NCBI GenBank assembly: GCA_902555985.1 | Contig: CACDUI010000005.1 | Location: forward strand, 508-64,507 | DNA: 64,000 nucleotides | From: an uncultured Candidatus Actinomarina sp. | GTDB lineage: Bacteria > Actinomycetota > Acidimicrobiia > Actinomarinales > Actinomarinaceae | Direction of reading: 5' to 3' | Shown here: in pieces, positions 53,470-63,795 of the stretch | How the letters are laid out: every line of letters begins with the position of its first letter | Position numbering within the stretch: the first letter of the stretch is position 1 | Notes under the pieces: generated by a model | What the model was told of the DNA's origin: nothing | Database searches by the model: none | The model's input: only the letters and a program-made list of their open reading frames with translations | Translations under genes and position numbers: made by a program

Positions 53470-54076
53470 TTACATCTTCGGTTGGTTTATCAGCTGTATC
53501 TGTTTCTACTTCTGCAATCTTATCTATAACATCAAAACCATCTGTAACTTTACCAAATATTGTATAACTGTATGGTAGTGGATAATCAGCATGCATTATA
53601 AAAAACTGACTTCCGTTAGTATTTGGACCTCTATTTGCCATTGCTAATATGCCTTTTTCATAAGGTCTTTGATTGTTTAACTCGTCATCAAATTCATAAC
53701 CTGGAAATTTGCCATACTCACCATGACCAGTACCAGAAGGATCACCACCCTGAATCATAAATCCAGAAATTACACGATGAAAAATAACATTATCGTAATA
53801 CCCATCGTTAGATAAAGTAACAAAATTATTAACAGTCACTGGAGAATCTTCCATATAAAATTCAACTGTCATTTCTCCAAAGTTAGTTTTAATTACAGCT
53901 GAATAATCTGAATCTAAGTTTATATTCATATCAGGTTGTTTATCGTATACTTTATCGTTCATTGTTTCTCCTATTGTTGTAGTTGACTCAGTTTCTATTA
54001 CTGCATTATCTTCATTTGCAACATCATCTGAAGAGCAAAAGTTAATAAATAATAATATTATTAAAAATTTTTTCAT
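53438..54076 (-). CDS. Cyclophilin-type peptidyl-prolyl isomerase, probable lipoprotein
   Basis: FHRVISGFMIQGGDP, LAMAN.GP.TNGSQFFI motifs; signal peptide ending in Cys. Confidence 0.95.
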   Translation of the reverse strand: MKKFLIILLFINFCSSDDVANEDNAVIETESTTTIGETMNDKVYDKQPDMNINLDSDYSAVIKTNFGEMTVEFYMEDSPVTVNNFVTLSNDGYYDNVIFHRVISGFMIQGGDPSGTGHGEYGKFPGYEFDDELNNQRPYEKGILAMANRGPNTNGSQFFIMHADYPLPYSYTIFGKVTDGFDVIDKIAEVETDTADKPTEDVIINTVEILEN

Positions 54077-54456
54077 TTTATTTTACTTAATCTTACTTTA
54101 GAAATGGCACAAAGCTTTTCGTTATGATAAATTTTAGATTCCCATAGTTGATAGGATCTTCCAATCTTAATTGGTTCAGCAATACATAAAATTTCACCAT
54201 CTTCTACACTAGATAAAAAATCAGTATTATTATTTACACCGACAAAGACACCCTTATCTAAAAAATTAGCACCGTAAGAACATATAGTTTCTGATAATGT
54301 AGCGTAGATTCCTCCGTGAACTAATCCCATAGGTTGTTTATGGTGGTCTTCTATTTTAAGTTTTGATTTAACATAATTTTCTTTAATTTCGATCATTTCG
54401 TGACCAAGAAAGTTGTCAAGATTTTTACCTTCAAAATTTGAATAACTATTCGTCAT
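54073..54456 (-). CDS. PaaI/hotdog-fold thioesterase
   Basis: QPMGLVHGG...L.ET motif. Confidence 0.9.
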   Translation of the reverse strand: MTNSYSNFEGKNLDNFLGHEMIEIKENYVKSKLKIEDHHKQPMGLVHGGIYATLSETICSYGANFLDKGVFVGVNNNTDFLSSVEDGEILCIAEPIKIGRSYQLWESKIYHNEKLCAISKVRLSKIK

Positions 54457-55015
54457 ATATACTCCTTAATCTTGACTCCCCTACATTATTCACAAACCAC
54501 CAATAACCTACGGAGAATGTAATCAGCGTAAGAATAATTATAAACACTAAATAATTAATGCTGTTCATAAGAGTAACAAGATTGTATATTGCATATACAT
54601 AAAGTGCTACACCATAGAATGTAATAAATAAAGTGACAAAACTAAACCATGAAAATTCTTTACCAATTTTTGCAACTACTATTTTTTTATCTTGTATTGG
54701 AAAAAAATAACTATTTTCTAATTTATGAGTAATAAATATCTCACTATTTGACTGTTTGTTAATCTTTTTTTCTAAGTATTCGGAGTAATTTCTAGAAAAT
54801 ATAAGAAAATAAGCATGAAAAGCGAGCATAACACTTCCAAATAAAGATATTAAAGGTAGTAGATACAAAACAGTTTCATTATTAAAAGAAATTATTAGTG
54901 AAATAATACTAATAGCAAAGAAATAGCGTACATCCTTTAAAAATTGTAAATGATAAAATTTATTCATTGAACGCATTCTTTTAAGTTGATTTTCTAATAT
55001 GTTTATTTCATTCAC
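54446..55015 (-). CDS. Hypothetical membrane protein (about 4 TM)
   Basis: Long ORF with hydrophobic helices; TACACT -10 box 7 nt before GTG. Confidence 0.7.
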   Translation of the reverse strand: MNEINILENQLKRMRSMNKFYHLQFLKDVRYFFAISIISLIISFNNETVLYLLPLISLFGSVMLAFHAYFLIFSRNYSEYLEKKINKQSNSEIFITHKLENSYFFPIQDKKIVVAKIGKEFSWFSFVTLFITFYGVALYVYAIYNLVTLMNSINYLVFIIILTLITFSVGYWWFVNNVGESRLRSIYDE

Positions 55016-55036
55016 TTAGTAAAGTGTATTTAGTTT

Positions 55037-55405
55037 ATGTTTAATAGAAAATCTTTTTTGATTATTTTAATTTTACTATTCCTTATAAGCATATTTAATT
55101 TATTCAGTGAGGTAACACTTGAATATGTGGGAATATCATTAAATCTATATAAAGAATTTGAAATAAGTTGCGGTACTGCATATGAAATTTTTTCAAATAT
55201 AAACAATACATCCTTTATAGAAGAATTAGGTGTTAATAAACGCTCTTGTATTGGCGGAGCAATTGTTAAAGTAATTAACTTTCTTAGCCTTACTATTGTT
55301 CTTTTATTCATTACATACTTTGGGCTAAAGTATTTCAAAAGGATTGAAAACAGAGAAGATCTTTCAGATTTAATATCAATCTTAAAAAGACGAAATTCGA
55401 AATAG
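55037..55405 (+). CDS. Hypothetical membrane protein (2 TM, extracytoplasmic Cys pair)
   Basis: TM-loop(SCG...C)-TM architecture; fills the gap between genes. Confidence 0.65.
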   Translation: MFNRKSFLIILILLFLISIFNLFSEVTLEYVGISLNLYKEFEISCGTAYEIFSNINNTSFIEELGVNKRSCIGGAIVKVINFLSLTIVLLFITYFGLKYFKRIENREDLSDLISILKRRNSK

Positions 55406-55418
55406 CTATAATAATTTT

Positions 55419-56360
55419 ATGAAAATTGGTGCTTTTATTCCACAAGGTTGGAGAATGGATCTTAACGGAATTCCGTTAGAAGACCAATGGGATACCATTA
55501 TTTCTACAGCAAATGCTATTGAAGACCTAAATTACACATCAGTATGGGTATATGACCATTTTCATACAGTTCCTATACCTACACAAGATCCTACATATGA
55601 ATGTTGGTCCTTAATGGCAGCTCTTTCTCAATCAACTTCAAAATTAAGATTAGGACAGATGTGTACATGTAATTCATATCGTAACCCTTCATACTTAACA
55701 AAGGTAGCTTCTAATATCGATGTTATGTCTGGCGGTAGACTTGAATATGCAATAGGTGCTGGTTGGTATGATCAAGAATATAAAGCTTATGGTTACAACT
55801 ACCCAACCGCAGGTATTAGGTTAAAAATGTTAGAAGAGTCATTAATCATATACAAACTTATGACAACAGAGGAAACACCATCTTTTAATGGAACATACTA
55901 TCAAATAGATGGTGCAATTAATCAACCAAAACCTATTCAAAAACCTTATCCTCCGCTTTGGGTATGTGGTGGTGGAGAAAAAGTCACACTTAAACTTTTA
56001 GCTAAATATGGAGATTATGGAAACTGGGATGTTGATGTTGAAGGGTTTATTCATAAAACAAAAATTTTAAAAGAACATTGTAAAAATGAACAAAGAGATT
56101 TTAACGAAATAGGTAAAACTCTCCATACAAATGTACTTATCGCAAATACCAAAAGTGAATTAGATAAAAAAATTGAGAAACTTTCAAAGTACACAAACAT
56201 TCCTCAAGAAAATTATTACGAAAAACCACTTATAGGCACAAAGGAAGAGGTTTTTAATACTATTAAAGAATTTGAAGAAGTTGATTGTTCATATTTAATA
56301 GCTTATATCCCTGACATAGTTTGGGGAGATACGTTAAACATACTGTCTGAATTAAATTAG
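55419..56360 (+). CDS. LLM-class, probably F420-dependent oxidoreductase (Rv1855c/TIGR03560-like)
   Basis: WVYDHFH, YRNP..L.K....D.MSGGR...IGAGW...E, PKP.Q.P.PP.WVCGGGEK.TL motifs. Confidence 0.88.
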   Translation: MKIGAFIPQGWRMDLNGIPLEDQWDTIISTANAIEDLNYTSVWVYDHFHTVPIPTQDPTYECWSLMAALSQSTSKLRLGQMCTCNSYRNPSYLTKVASNIDVMSGGRLEYAIGAGWYDQEYKAYGYNYPTAGIRLKMLEESLIIYKLMTTEETPSFNGTYYQIDGAINQPKPIQKPYPPLWVCGGGEKVTLKLLAKYGDYGNWDVDVEGFIHKTKILKEHCKNEQRDFNEIGKTLHTNVLIANTKSELDKKIEKLSKYTNIPQENYYEKPLIGTKEEVFNTIKEFEEVDCSYLIAYIPDIVWGDTLNILSELN

Positions 56361-56364
56361 TCCG

Positions 56365-56435
56365 AAAAATCGGAAGCCCCCATTAAGAGGGCTTCCCAAC
56401 AGGGCTGCGTATCACACTTAATTGAAACGCACTCT
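56365..56435 (-). ncRNA. Candidate ~70-nt structured small RNA ending in an intrinsic terminator
   Basis: GC-rich island; extended -10 TGGTATATT upstream; hairpin TGCGT..ACGCA; terminator GGAAGCCC/GGGCTTCC followed by ATTTTT. Confidence 0.45.
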
Positions 56436-56467
56436 TAATATACCATTGTTGATGTACAAAAGTAAAG

Positions 56468-58207
56468 TTAATTGTCAAAAGTAGGTAAATATGTACTTGG
56501 AACCAAAGAAATCCAAGGTTTTCCTTTTGGTATAAATAGAGAATTACCATTTTTATCAACAATATGAAATGGATCTAGGTTTGAACCTCTTTTCCAATTT
56601 GCATCTAACATTTTTCCGCCATGCATTATTATTGCTCTTCCCTCACCAACAGTTTTTACAGATGGAAGTTGCAATGGGTGAATATAAGGCTCACAAAAAA
56701 GAGCAATTACAGTTGGAAATGATATTTGGCCTGAAGATCCATTTTGATTTATCCAAGTGTGTACGTTTCCTGATGAAGAGCCTCTATATGCATCATAATA
56801 AGTTCTACTATACGAAGAACCATTCCAAGTCCAAGTAGTAGTTGTTTGTGAAGAAAATTTTAATTTTAATGAATTAATACTGGTCCATGAACTAATATTT
56901 GGATCTCCCCATGGAAATAACGGTTGAGGATTTGTTGATTTTTTATAACCCTTAGAAATTGCTGTTGATTTTAATTTAAAAGTATCTGCATAGAGATTAT
57001 GTGGAGCCTTTCTTGAAGAAATTCTAAAATAGTCAGGTCTACGATCAGTTATAACCGGAACGCCCATATCTATTATTTCTGGAATTAAACCTCCAGTTGC
57101 TCCGCTTGCAACCAATACGCCATCTAATGGTCTTAAAACTGTCGGATCAGTGGGTCTAGCAGATCTAATAGGACCATGGTACGTAGTGTCTGATTCATAA
57201 AATAGATTTATAAATCTTGTCATTCCACCCTCTACTAAAACTTCAAAAACTGCATCAGCATTTTGTGGTCCAGATTGTGGTCTTGCTCGTACATTGTTAT
57301 CATTTTTTATTCCAATAACAATAGAATTGTTGGCACCAACCGGCATTAATAAACCATTAACAGGTGAGTTGATGCCATCTTTATAATTCTGTGTTTTAAC
57401 TCTACCAATAGTTACATATGTTTTTTCTTTTTCTAAAGACCAACGATCTGCAAGGTAAGCATCTAATTCTTGTTGAGAATTTACTTGTGCAGTTTTACCA
57501 AACCTATATACAATTACTGGTTTAAAACATGGATCAGGAACCCAAACACTATTCTCATCCACATAGCCTATTACACATGTTTTATTTGGATCATAATTTT
57601 TAAGATCAACAGTTGCTGATTGGCTTATATTTTGAGAACTTCCGTTACTAGATACAACATCAGTAGTTTCAGTAACTTTAATATAGCTTAGTTCTCCCTT
57701 ATCTAATGCTTGTTTTGTTAATGGACCAAGTAAACCATCACTACTAAGTCCTGCTTTAGATTGAAATTTTTTTATTGCTCGAGTAGTACCTGGGCCATTA
57801 ATGCCGTCTAAAGTAGACCCATAAAGACCTAATTCTTTTAACACAACTTGAGCATTGTAAATATCTTGAGAATATGTATTTTTGTTGTTTGTTGTAATTA
57901 CATTTTTTAATATATTCTTTTTAATAATATTTTTTTTATTTAGTAATAAATTGCAAGTTTGACTGCCAACAATACCATCTGGATCAATATTGTTATTTTT
58001 CTGAAAAGAAACTAACGAATTTGATGATATTGGTCCAAATAAACCATCAATTTTGCCCTCATAGTAACCATAAGATTTAAGAACTATTTGCATCATTATG
58101 TCTGATTTAACAGGATGAAAGTCTACAACATCACCGCAATTATTATTGTATGAATTAGATGGAGTAAGAATGAATAGGAAAATAAGCCCTGATATTAAAT
58201 TATTCAC
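56468..58207 (-). CDS. DUF3048 (YerB-like) protein with two N-terminal peptidoglycan-binding (PG_binding_1) domains
   Basis: Q..L...GY....DG.FGP......FQ.......DGIVG..T occurs twice; K.DN...ARPQSG, EGGMTRF, GPIRSAR, APHNLY motifs. Confidence 0.85.
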   Translation of the reverse strand: MNNLISGLIFLFILTPSNSYNNNCGDVVDFHPVKSDIMMQIVLKSYGYYEGKIDGLFGPISSNSLVSFQKNNNIDPDGIVGSQTCNLLLNKKNIIKKNILKNVITTNNKNTYSQDIYNAQVVLKELGLYGSTLDGINGPGTTRAIKKFQSKAGLSSDGLLGPLTKQALDKGELSYIKVTETTDVVSSNGSSQNISQSATVDLKNYDPNKTCVIGYVDENSVWVPDPCFKPVIVYRFGKTAQVNSQQELDAYLADRWSLEKEKTYVTIGRVKTQNYKDGINSPVNGLLMPVGANNSIVIGIKNDNNVRARPQSGPQNADAVFEVLVEGGMTRFINLFYESDTTYHGPIRSARPTDPTVLRPLDGVLVASGATGGLIPEIIDMGVPVITDRRPDYFRISSRKAPHNLYADTFKLKSTAISKGYKKSTNPQPLFPWGDPNISSWTSINSLKLKFSSQTTTTWTWNGSSYSRTYYDAYRGSSSGNVHTWINQNGSSGQISFPTVIALFCEPYIHPLQLPSVKTVGEGRAIIMHGGKMLDANWKRGSNLDPFHIVDKNGNSLFIPKGKPWISLVPSTYLPTFDN

Positions 58208-58216
58208 AGTTAGATT

Positions 58217-59326
58217 TTAGTTATCTATTAAAACTTCGCCTTCATTTGGTAAAATATGTACCCATTGGGTGCTTGGTGGAACTTCAATATTATCACCATT
58301 GATATCAGATAATACAAATGAGTCACTAATGTCACCGCGCCTCCAAGTTCCTTCAATATATTGTCCTTTATTAAAAACATATGCATTACCAACGCCAACA
58401 GTCAAAACACTTGGTAATGTTGTAGCTGGATCTTTATATATTGGTCCTTGAAGAACTACAACAGTTTCTGTTTGTAAGATATCTGTATAATTACCATCTT
58501 GAGTAATAAAATTATGTGCAACAGCATCTTTATCATTTGAATATCCATCAATGATAAATCTTGAATATTTATTATCATCTAATTTCCAAATAACAGTCGT
58601 AAATTCTGAATACTTTATTGTTATTTTGTCTGCACCATCAATCCAATTATTTTGATTCAAGCCAAAGGGATACAAAGGTCCAGGGCCTGGTTGTAAAAAG
58701 TAAAATCCACGTTCCTCAATACGTTCTCTAACAAGTTCAGTATCAGCATATAAATTATGCGGAGCATTACGAGAAGATATACGAAACATTGTTGGGCTAG
58801 ATTGTTCTTCTAGTACTGGAACGCCTAAATCTCTAATTGAAGGGATCAGTCCAGCAGTTGCGCCTGATACAACTAATGTTCCACCATATGGCCTAACTAC
58901 TGTAGGGTCGGTTGGTCTTGCGGATCTTATAGGACCTAGATACTTTGACGTATTGTCATAAAAGAATGCAAGAAATCTTGTCATTCCACCTTCAACTAAA
59001 ATTTCATGAACTGCATCAGCTTCTTGAAGCCCAGATTGAGGTCTTGCATTTATATTATTATCAATTTTGAATGCTACAACTCGTTTAGGTCGTTTAAGCC
59101 ATGTTTCTGGTAAAAGCTCTTCTCCAGTAAAAGGAGACATCTTTTCTACATCAAAAACATAAGAAATATTTGCCTCAGTTGTAGTTGTTGATTCTTTGGG
59201 TTCTGAAGAAATTGTTGTAGGAGTCACTAACGAGGTTGTTGTAGTATCTACAACTGTTGATTCATCAGTAGTTGCTCCGCAGGAAACTAGTACCAATGTC
59301 ATAAGTACGATAGTGAATCTTTTCAT
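58217..59326 (-). CDS. DUF3048 (YerB-like) lipoprotein
   Basis: Lipobox LVSC, Thr-rich linker, KIDN..ARPQSGL, EGGMTRF, GPIRSAR motifs. Confidence 0.88.
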   Translation of the reverse strand: MKRFTIVLMTLVLVSCGATTDESTVVDTTTTSLVTPTTISSEPKESTTTTEANISYVFDVEKMSPFTGEELLPETWLKRPKRVVAFKIDNNINARPQSGLQEADAVHEILVEGGMTRFLAFFYDNTSKYLGPIRSARPTDPTVVRPYGGTLVVSGATAGLIPSIRDLGVPVLEEQSSPTMFRISSRNAPHNLYADTELVRERIEERGFYFLQPGPGPLYPFGLNQNNWIDGADKITIKYSEFTTVIWKLDDNKYSRFIIDGYSNDKDAVAHNFITQDGNYTDILQTETVVVLQGPIYKDPATTLPSVLTVGVGNAYVFNKGQYIEGTWRRGDISDSFVLSDINGDNIEVPPSTQWVHILPNEGEVLIDN

Positions 59327-59330
59327 GGTT

Positions 59331-60980
59331 TTATATTAGTGTTGAAAATACTAATTTAATTAAATTTATTTTTGATTTTGTCGCTTGATAATAAGTCAAA
59401 TTTTTGAATATTCTATGTGCTTTTTTATTAGTTACAAACCATGGAGGGTCAATGATTGGTGCCATTTTAAATTTGGAATAAACAATTCCTTTCTGAGGAG
59501 ATTCAAATAAGTATGAATTGTGAACATACCCCTGGCCACTTTGAATATCATTGTCTTTATTTCCTGGATATCCTCCCCATGGTAATGTTGGTATAACAAA
59601 TCCAATTGCAGACCATTCATTAATTGCAACGGTTCCATAATTGAGATCTTCTACATAAGTATTTAAAATATCATTATTATTCTTTTTTTTGTAGTTTTTA
59701 ATTAAGACAGTAACTCCTAAATTTCCCCATAATTCGTCATTTACGTAATTTATAGAATTTGTACAAAAATCTTCATAGCTATTATATGAAATTTCCTTAA
59801 AAAATAGAGCTGTAGACCAAACTTCTTTGTCCCCATATTCAACTTCCAAATCTAAATCTGATACTAAAAAAGGAGTATTACAGGACAAATTATTAATTTG
59901 TTCATAATTATCTGTATCAATTAATTCATCTAATGTTTCGTTTGATCCAGGATAGTATGAAGTAGTATCTCCAACTTTTTGTAAATAATGCTTAATTTCT
60001 TTTTTTAATCTTTCTGTATACTTCCATCCTTTTGGAAGAACAACGACCTGTGCTGCAATACAATTAAAACCTGAATTATTCAATTTTGCAGTTACTATTT
60101 TTTTAGCTTGATGTTTTATTTCAGAAGTAGACCAGTTTCCTGGATGAACAATTATTGGAGTAACATTTCCAAGTTCGGTAGTTATAGGCTTTTTGTTTAT
60201 TTTTGGTAAAGTTTTTAAAGAACGTTCCTTATCGCTTAATGTTCTTCCATAAACAATATTCTCATAAGTATAATTTGATCCAGTTAAGTGAGTATGTTGA
60301 AAACCATCATGTTTTGTTAGGTATTGAGAAGCTTCAATGTCGCCTTCACTTATTACCATAAAACCTCTTGTTATAAAGGGTTCAAATACTTGATTAAATA
60401 TTGGTAAGAGATAATCATTAACCGGATTAAGTTTTAAATAAATAACTGATTTGAATGCAATCATGTGAAACAAAGAGTCTAATACAGGTATAGATGACAC
60501 ATTGCCTGCACCTAAAACTAAAGTAATTTTTGGTTTATTATTTTCAAACCTATTAGAAAAACCTCTAAATTCATTAATTTGATCAAAATTTAAATTTTTA
60601 CCAAACCTTACTTCACCTTCCAGAAAAGGAAATAAAAGCTTCTCAATATTTTTGGTAGGAAAAACTTTATAACTTTTGTTGGAATCATCATACTTAGAAG
60701 CATCTAAATCATCTTCATTAAGAATTGTTTCAATAAAATACTGTATTGCATAAATACATGAAAAAGGGCCACCAATCCATTCTTCGCCTTCTTTAGATTT
60801 TGTTAGAATTCCTTTTTTTTCTGATGCGAGTGTTGCCCAATAATAAGATATTGATGTAATATTTTCAATTGTTTGTTCAAGCATAGAGATTAAAGTACTT
60901 TTCTCAAGATTTAAAAAATCAGATGAGTTAACTCTTAATTTACTAATATTTCTATCTATATCAATCTTCGATGGATTCAT
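59331..60980 (-). CDS. Aldehyde dehydrogenase family protein
   Basis: LGAGN, H.TGS, ELGNVTP (general base Glu), FNCIA (catalytic Cys). Confidence 0.88.
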   Translation of the reverse strand: MNPSKIDIDRNISKLRVNSSDFLNLEKSTLISMLEQTIENITSISYYWATLASEKKGILTKSKEGEEWIGGPFSCIYAIQYFIETILNEDDLDASKYDDSNKSYKVFPTKNIEKLLFPFLEGEVRFGKNLNFDQINEFRGFSNRFENNKPKITLVLGAGNVSSIPVLDSLFHMIAFKSVIYLKLNPVNDYLLPIFNQVFEPFITRGFMVISEGDIEASQYLTKHDGFQHTHLTGSNYTYENIVYGRTLSDKERSLKTLPKINKKPITTELGNVTPIIVHPGNWSTSEIKHQAKKIVTAKLNNSGFNCIAAQVVVLPKGWKYTERLKKEIKHYLQKVGDTTSYYPGSNETLDELIDTDNYEQINNLSCNTPFLVSDLDLEVEYGDKEVWSTALFFKEISYNSYEDFCTNSINYVNDELWGNLGVTVLIKNYKKKNNNDILNTYVEDLNYGTVAINEWSAIGFVIPTLPWGGYPGNKDNDIQSGQGYVHNSYLFESPQKGIVYSKFKMAPIIDPPWFVTNKKAHRIFKNLTYYQATKSKINLIKLVFSTLI

Positions 60981-60989
60981 ATATACATA

Positions 60990-62495
60990 TTATTCAGTTA
61001 ATTCAAGAAGTTCAAAGTCTCCCCAATTAACTGTTAAATGTTTCGCTGGAATAAGCTCATTTGGCCTACCTACAGGTAAATTTTTAGGATATGATTCTAG
61101 TGAAACATCATCACCTTGGAGTTCATCAATAATAACTTTCAACGTTTCAGCTAAATCATCAAGAGTGTCTACTGTTTGTGTTTCTGTAGGTTCAAACATT
61201 AATGCTTCATCGATTATTAATGGAAAATAGATTGTTGGTGAATGGAATCCTTTATCTAGAAGTGCTTTACCAACGTCATAAGCTTTTATTTTATGTGATT
61301 TTTTAAGATCTTTAACTGTAGCAACAAATTCATGCATACAAGGTTCGTTATAAGCTAAAGGTATAACTTTAGAAATAATTGAACTGAGGTATCTTGCATT
61401 TAGAACCGCATAAGAACCTAAGGAATCTAATCCTTCTTTTCCTAGAAGCTTCATATACACTAAAGCTCTTAAAGCTACAAGAAAATTGCCATGATATCCA
61501 TGCATACGCCCAATAGATAATTTTGGCATATACCAATCGTATTTATCATTTGTTTTATTAACAATTGGACCTGGTAAATATTCTTTTAAAAAACTTTTTA
61601 CAGCTACAGGTCCAGATCCAGGACCGCCGCCACCATGGGGTGTAGCAAATGTTTTATGTAAATTAGAATGGACAATGTCAAATCCCATGTCTCCTGGTCT
61701 ACAAACTCCTACAATTGCATTTAGATTTGCTCCGTCATAATAAACTAGACCACCATTTTCATGAATGATATTTGATATTTCAGTAATGTTTTCTTCAAAC
61801 AATCCACCAGTATTTGGATTAGTTAGCATCAATCCTGCAGTATTCTCATTTACTAATCCTTTTAAATCATCAATATTGACCATACCTCTAATATCTGTTG
61901 ATACTTCTACAACATTAAATCCTGCCATTTTTGCTGAAGCAGGATTAGTTCCATGAGCAGAGTCAGGTACAATTATGTCTTTTTTATTACTGAGATTATT
62001 TTCATCTAAATATTTTTTTATAATCAATAAACCAGTTAACTCTCCTGAAGCTCCAGCTGGTGGTTGAAATGTAGCATTATCCATACCTGTTATCTCAATC
62101 AAGTAATTTTCTAATTCATATAAAACTTCTAAATTACCTTGTGTAAAAGCAGATGGTGTTGCTGGATGAGAATTAGCAAATGTATTTAAGCCAGCTACAT
62201 AGTCTGCAAATCTTGGATTATATTTCATAGTGCAGGATCCAAGCGGATAAAAGCCAACATCTACAGCAAAATTCCTATGTGCAAGTCTTGAATAATGCAT
62301 TACTAAATCATGTTCAGATACTTCTGGAAGAGTGGGTTTGTCATGACGAATTGCTGAATTATTAATTTCTGTTACTGGTACATCTAGTTTTGGAAATCTT
62401 GAAGCTCTTCTTCCAGGTTTAGATAGTTGATTTATTGTAGGTTCAGGAGCACCTCCAACTAAAGGTAAAGAACTTGCATTACCACCACTATGCAT
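60990..62495 (-). CDS. gcvPB: Glycine dehydrogenase subunit 2
   Basis: LGSCTMKYNP, SAHGTNPASA, NLHKTF.TPHGGGGPG, EPTET motifs. Confidence 0.96.
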   Translation of the reverse strand: MHSGGNASSLPLVGGAPEPTINQLSKPGRRASRFPKLDVPVTEINNSAIRHDKPTLPEVSEHDLVMHYSRLAHRNFAVDVGFYPLGSCTMKYNPRFADYVAGLNTFANSHPATPSAFTQGNLEVLYELENYLIEITGMDNATFQPPAGASGELTGLLIIKKYLDENNLSNKKDIIVPDSAHGTNPASAKMAGFNVVEVSTDIRGMVNIDDLKGLVNENTAGLMLTNPNTGGLFEENITEISNIIHENGGLVYYDGANLNAIVGVCRPGDMGFDIVHSNLHKTFATPHGGGGPGSGPVAVKSFLKEYLPGPIVNKTNDKYDWYMPKLSIGRMHGYHGNFLVALRALVYMKLLGKEGLDSLGSYAVLNARYLSSIISKVIPLAYNEPCMHEFVATVKDLKKSHKIKAYDVGKALLDKGFHSPTIYFPLIIDEALMFEPTETQTVDTLDDLAETLKVIIDELQGDDVSLESYPKNLPVGRPNELIPAKHLTVNWGDFELLELTE

Positions 62496-63795
62496 TGTCT
62501 ACCTCCATCAATGATTGAACATAGTTATCTATTTGTTCCTTGGTTCTCTTCTCTGTTACGGCAACCAATATTTCATTATCAGAATATTTAATACCTGCTA
62601 GAAAACCTTTATCACCCATTTCTAAAATAATATCTTCAGATGATCTTTTAGTTTGAATTAGAAATTCCCTTAATGAGGTACTGTTGTTTAAAATATTAAA
62701 TCCATTATTCATTAGAGCTTGTTTCATGTAGGAAGCTTTTTGAATAGCTTGATATCCTATCTCATAAAGACCTTGTGGTCCCAACCAAGATAAATGAATC
62801 GTTGAACCAACAGCATTTAGAGTTTGATTTGTACAAATGTTAGAAGATGCTTTTTCTCTTCTAATATCTTGTTCTCTTGCTCTTAGTGTCATAACATAAG
62901 TTTTAGTGTTATTTGAATCTCGGGACTCACCAATAATTCTGCCTGGAACTAATCTTGCTAATTCTTTTCTAGTAGCAAACCATCCAACAGTTGGACCTCC
63001 AAATGAAAGCGAGGAACCCATAGATTGACCCTCTGATACAACAATATCAAAACCCATTGAACCAGGAGATTTTAATATACCAAGCATGGATGGATCTGCG
63101 TAACAAATTGTTATAACCCCAGCTGCTTTAGCATTTTGGACTATAGAAGTTAAATCTTGAGCTGATCCCTCATAATGAGGTAATGATATTACAAATGCAG
63201 CATCTTCTTCAGAAAAAACATAATCTTCAGGAAATAAATAATCGACTAAATCAACATAATTAATATTAAATTTATTGTTATCAATAAGTGTATTTACAAC
63301 TTCTTTAGTATTTGGATTAAATCCACTAGAAATTACAACATTATCTCTTTTTGTTTTATTAATTGCTACAGAAATTGCTTCTGCAACTGATGTAGCTCCG
63401 TCATATAGTGAGGCATTTGCAAGTTCCATATCAGTTAAATCACAAATTAGTGATTGATATTCAAATAAAACTTGAAGAATTCCTTGAGAAATTTCTGCTT
63501 GATAAGGTGTATAAGAAGTCATGAATTCAGGTCTCATTGTTAAAGATTTCACAGTTTGCGGTAAATAAACGTCATAATGTCCCCCACCAGCGAAACAAAT
63601 CAGATTTTGTGTATTTTTTGACTCTAATAATTCAAATTCACTAATAGATTCAAGTTCAGATAACGAAGGTGGCACGTTTAAACCATCGTTCAACTTTAAA
63701 GTTTCAGGAATATGTGTAAAAAGATCATCTAAAGAACTTATTGAAAGCTCTTCAAACATCTTTTTTAAATCTATTTCAGAATGTGGTACAAACAT
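62488..63795 (-). CDS. gcvPA: Glycine dehydrogenase subunit 1
   Basis: YTPYQAEISQG, NASLYDGA, REQ.IRREKASSNICTNQ motifs. Confidence 0.96.
   Translation of the reverse strand: MFVPHSEIDLKKMFEELSISSLDDLFTHIPETLKLNDGLNVPPSLSELESISEFELLESKNTQNLICFAGGGHYDVYLPQTVKSLTMRPEFMTSYTPYQAEISQGILQVLFEYQSLICDLTDMELANASLYDGATSVAEAISVAINKTKRDNVVISSGFNPNTKEVVNTLIDNNKFNINYVDLVDYLFPEDYVFSEEDAAFVISLPHYEGSAQDLTSIVQNAKAAGVITICYADPSMLGILKSPGSMGFDIVVSEGQSMGSSLSFGGPTVGWFATRKELARLVPGRIIGESRDSNNTKTYVMTLRAREQDIRREKASSNICTNQTLNAVGSTIHLSWLGPQGLYEIGYQAIQKASYMKQALMNNGFNILNNSTSLREFLIQTKRSSEDIILEMGDKGFLAGIKYSDNEILVAVTEKRTKEQIDNYVQSLMEVDNA

Noticed and set aside
59180-59275. GTT/GTA-rich low-complexity tract
   Set aside because: Encodes the Thr-rich lipoprotein linker; not a DNA-level repeat element.
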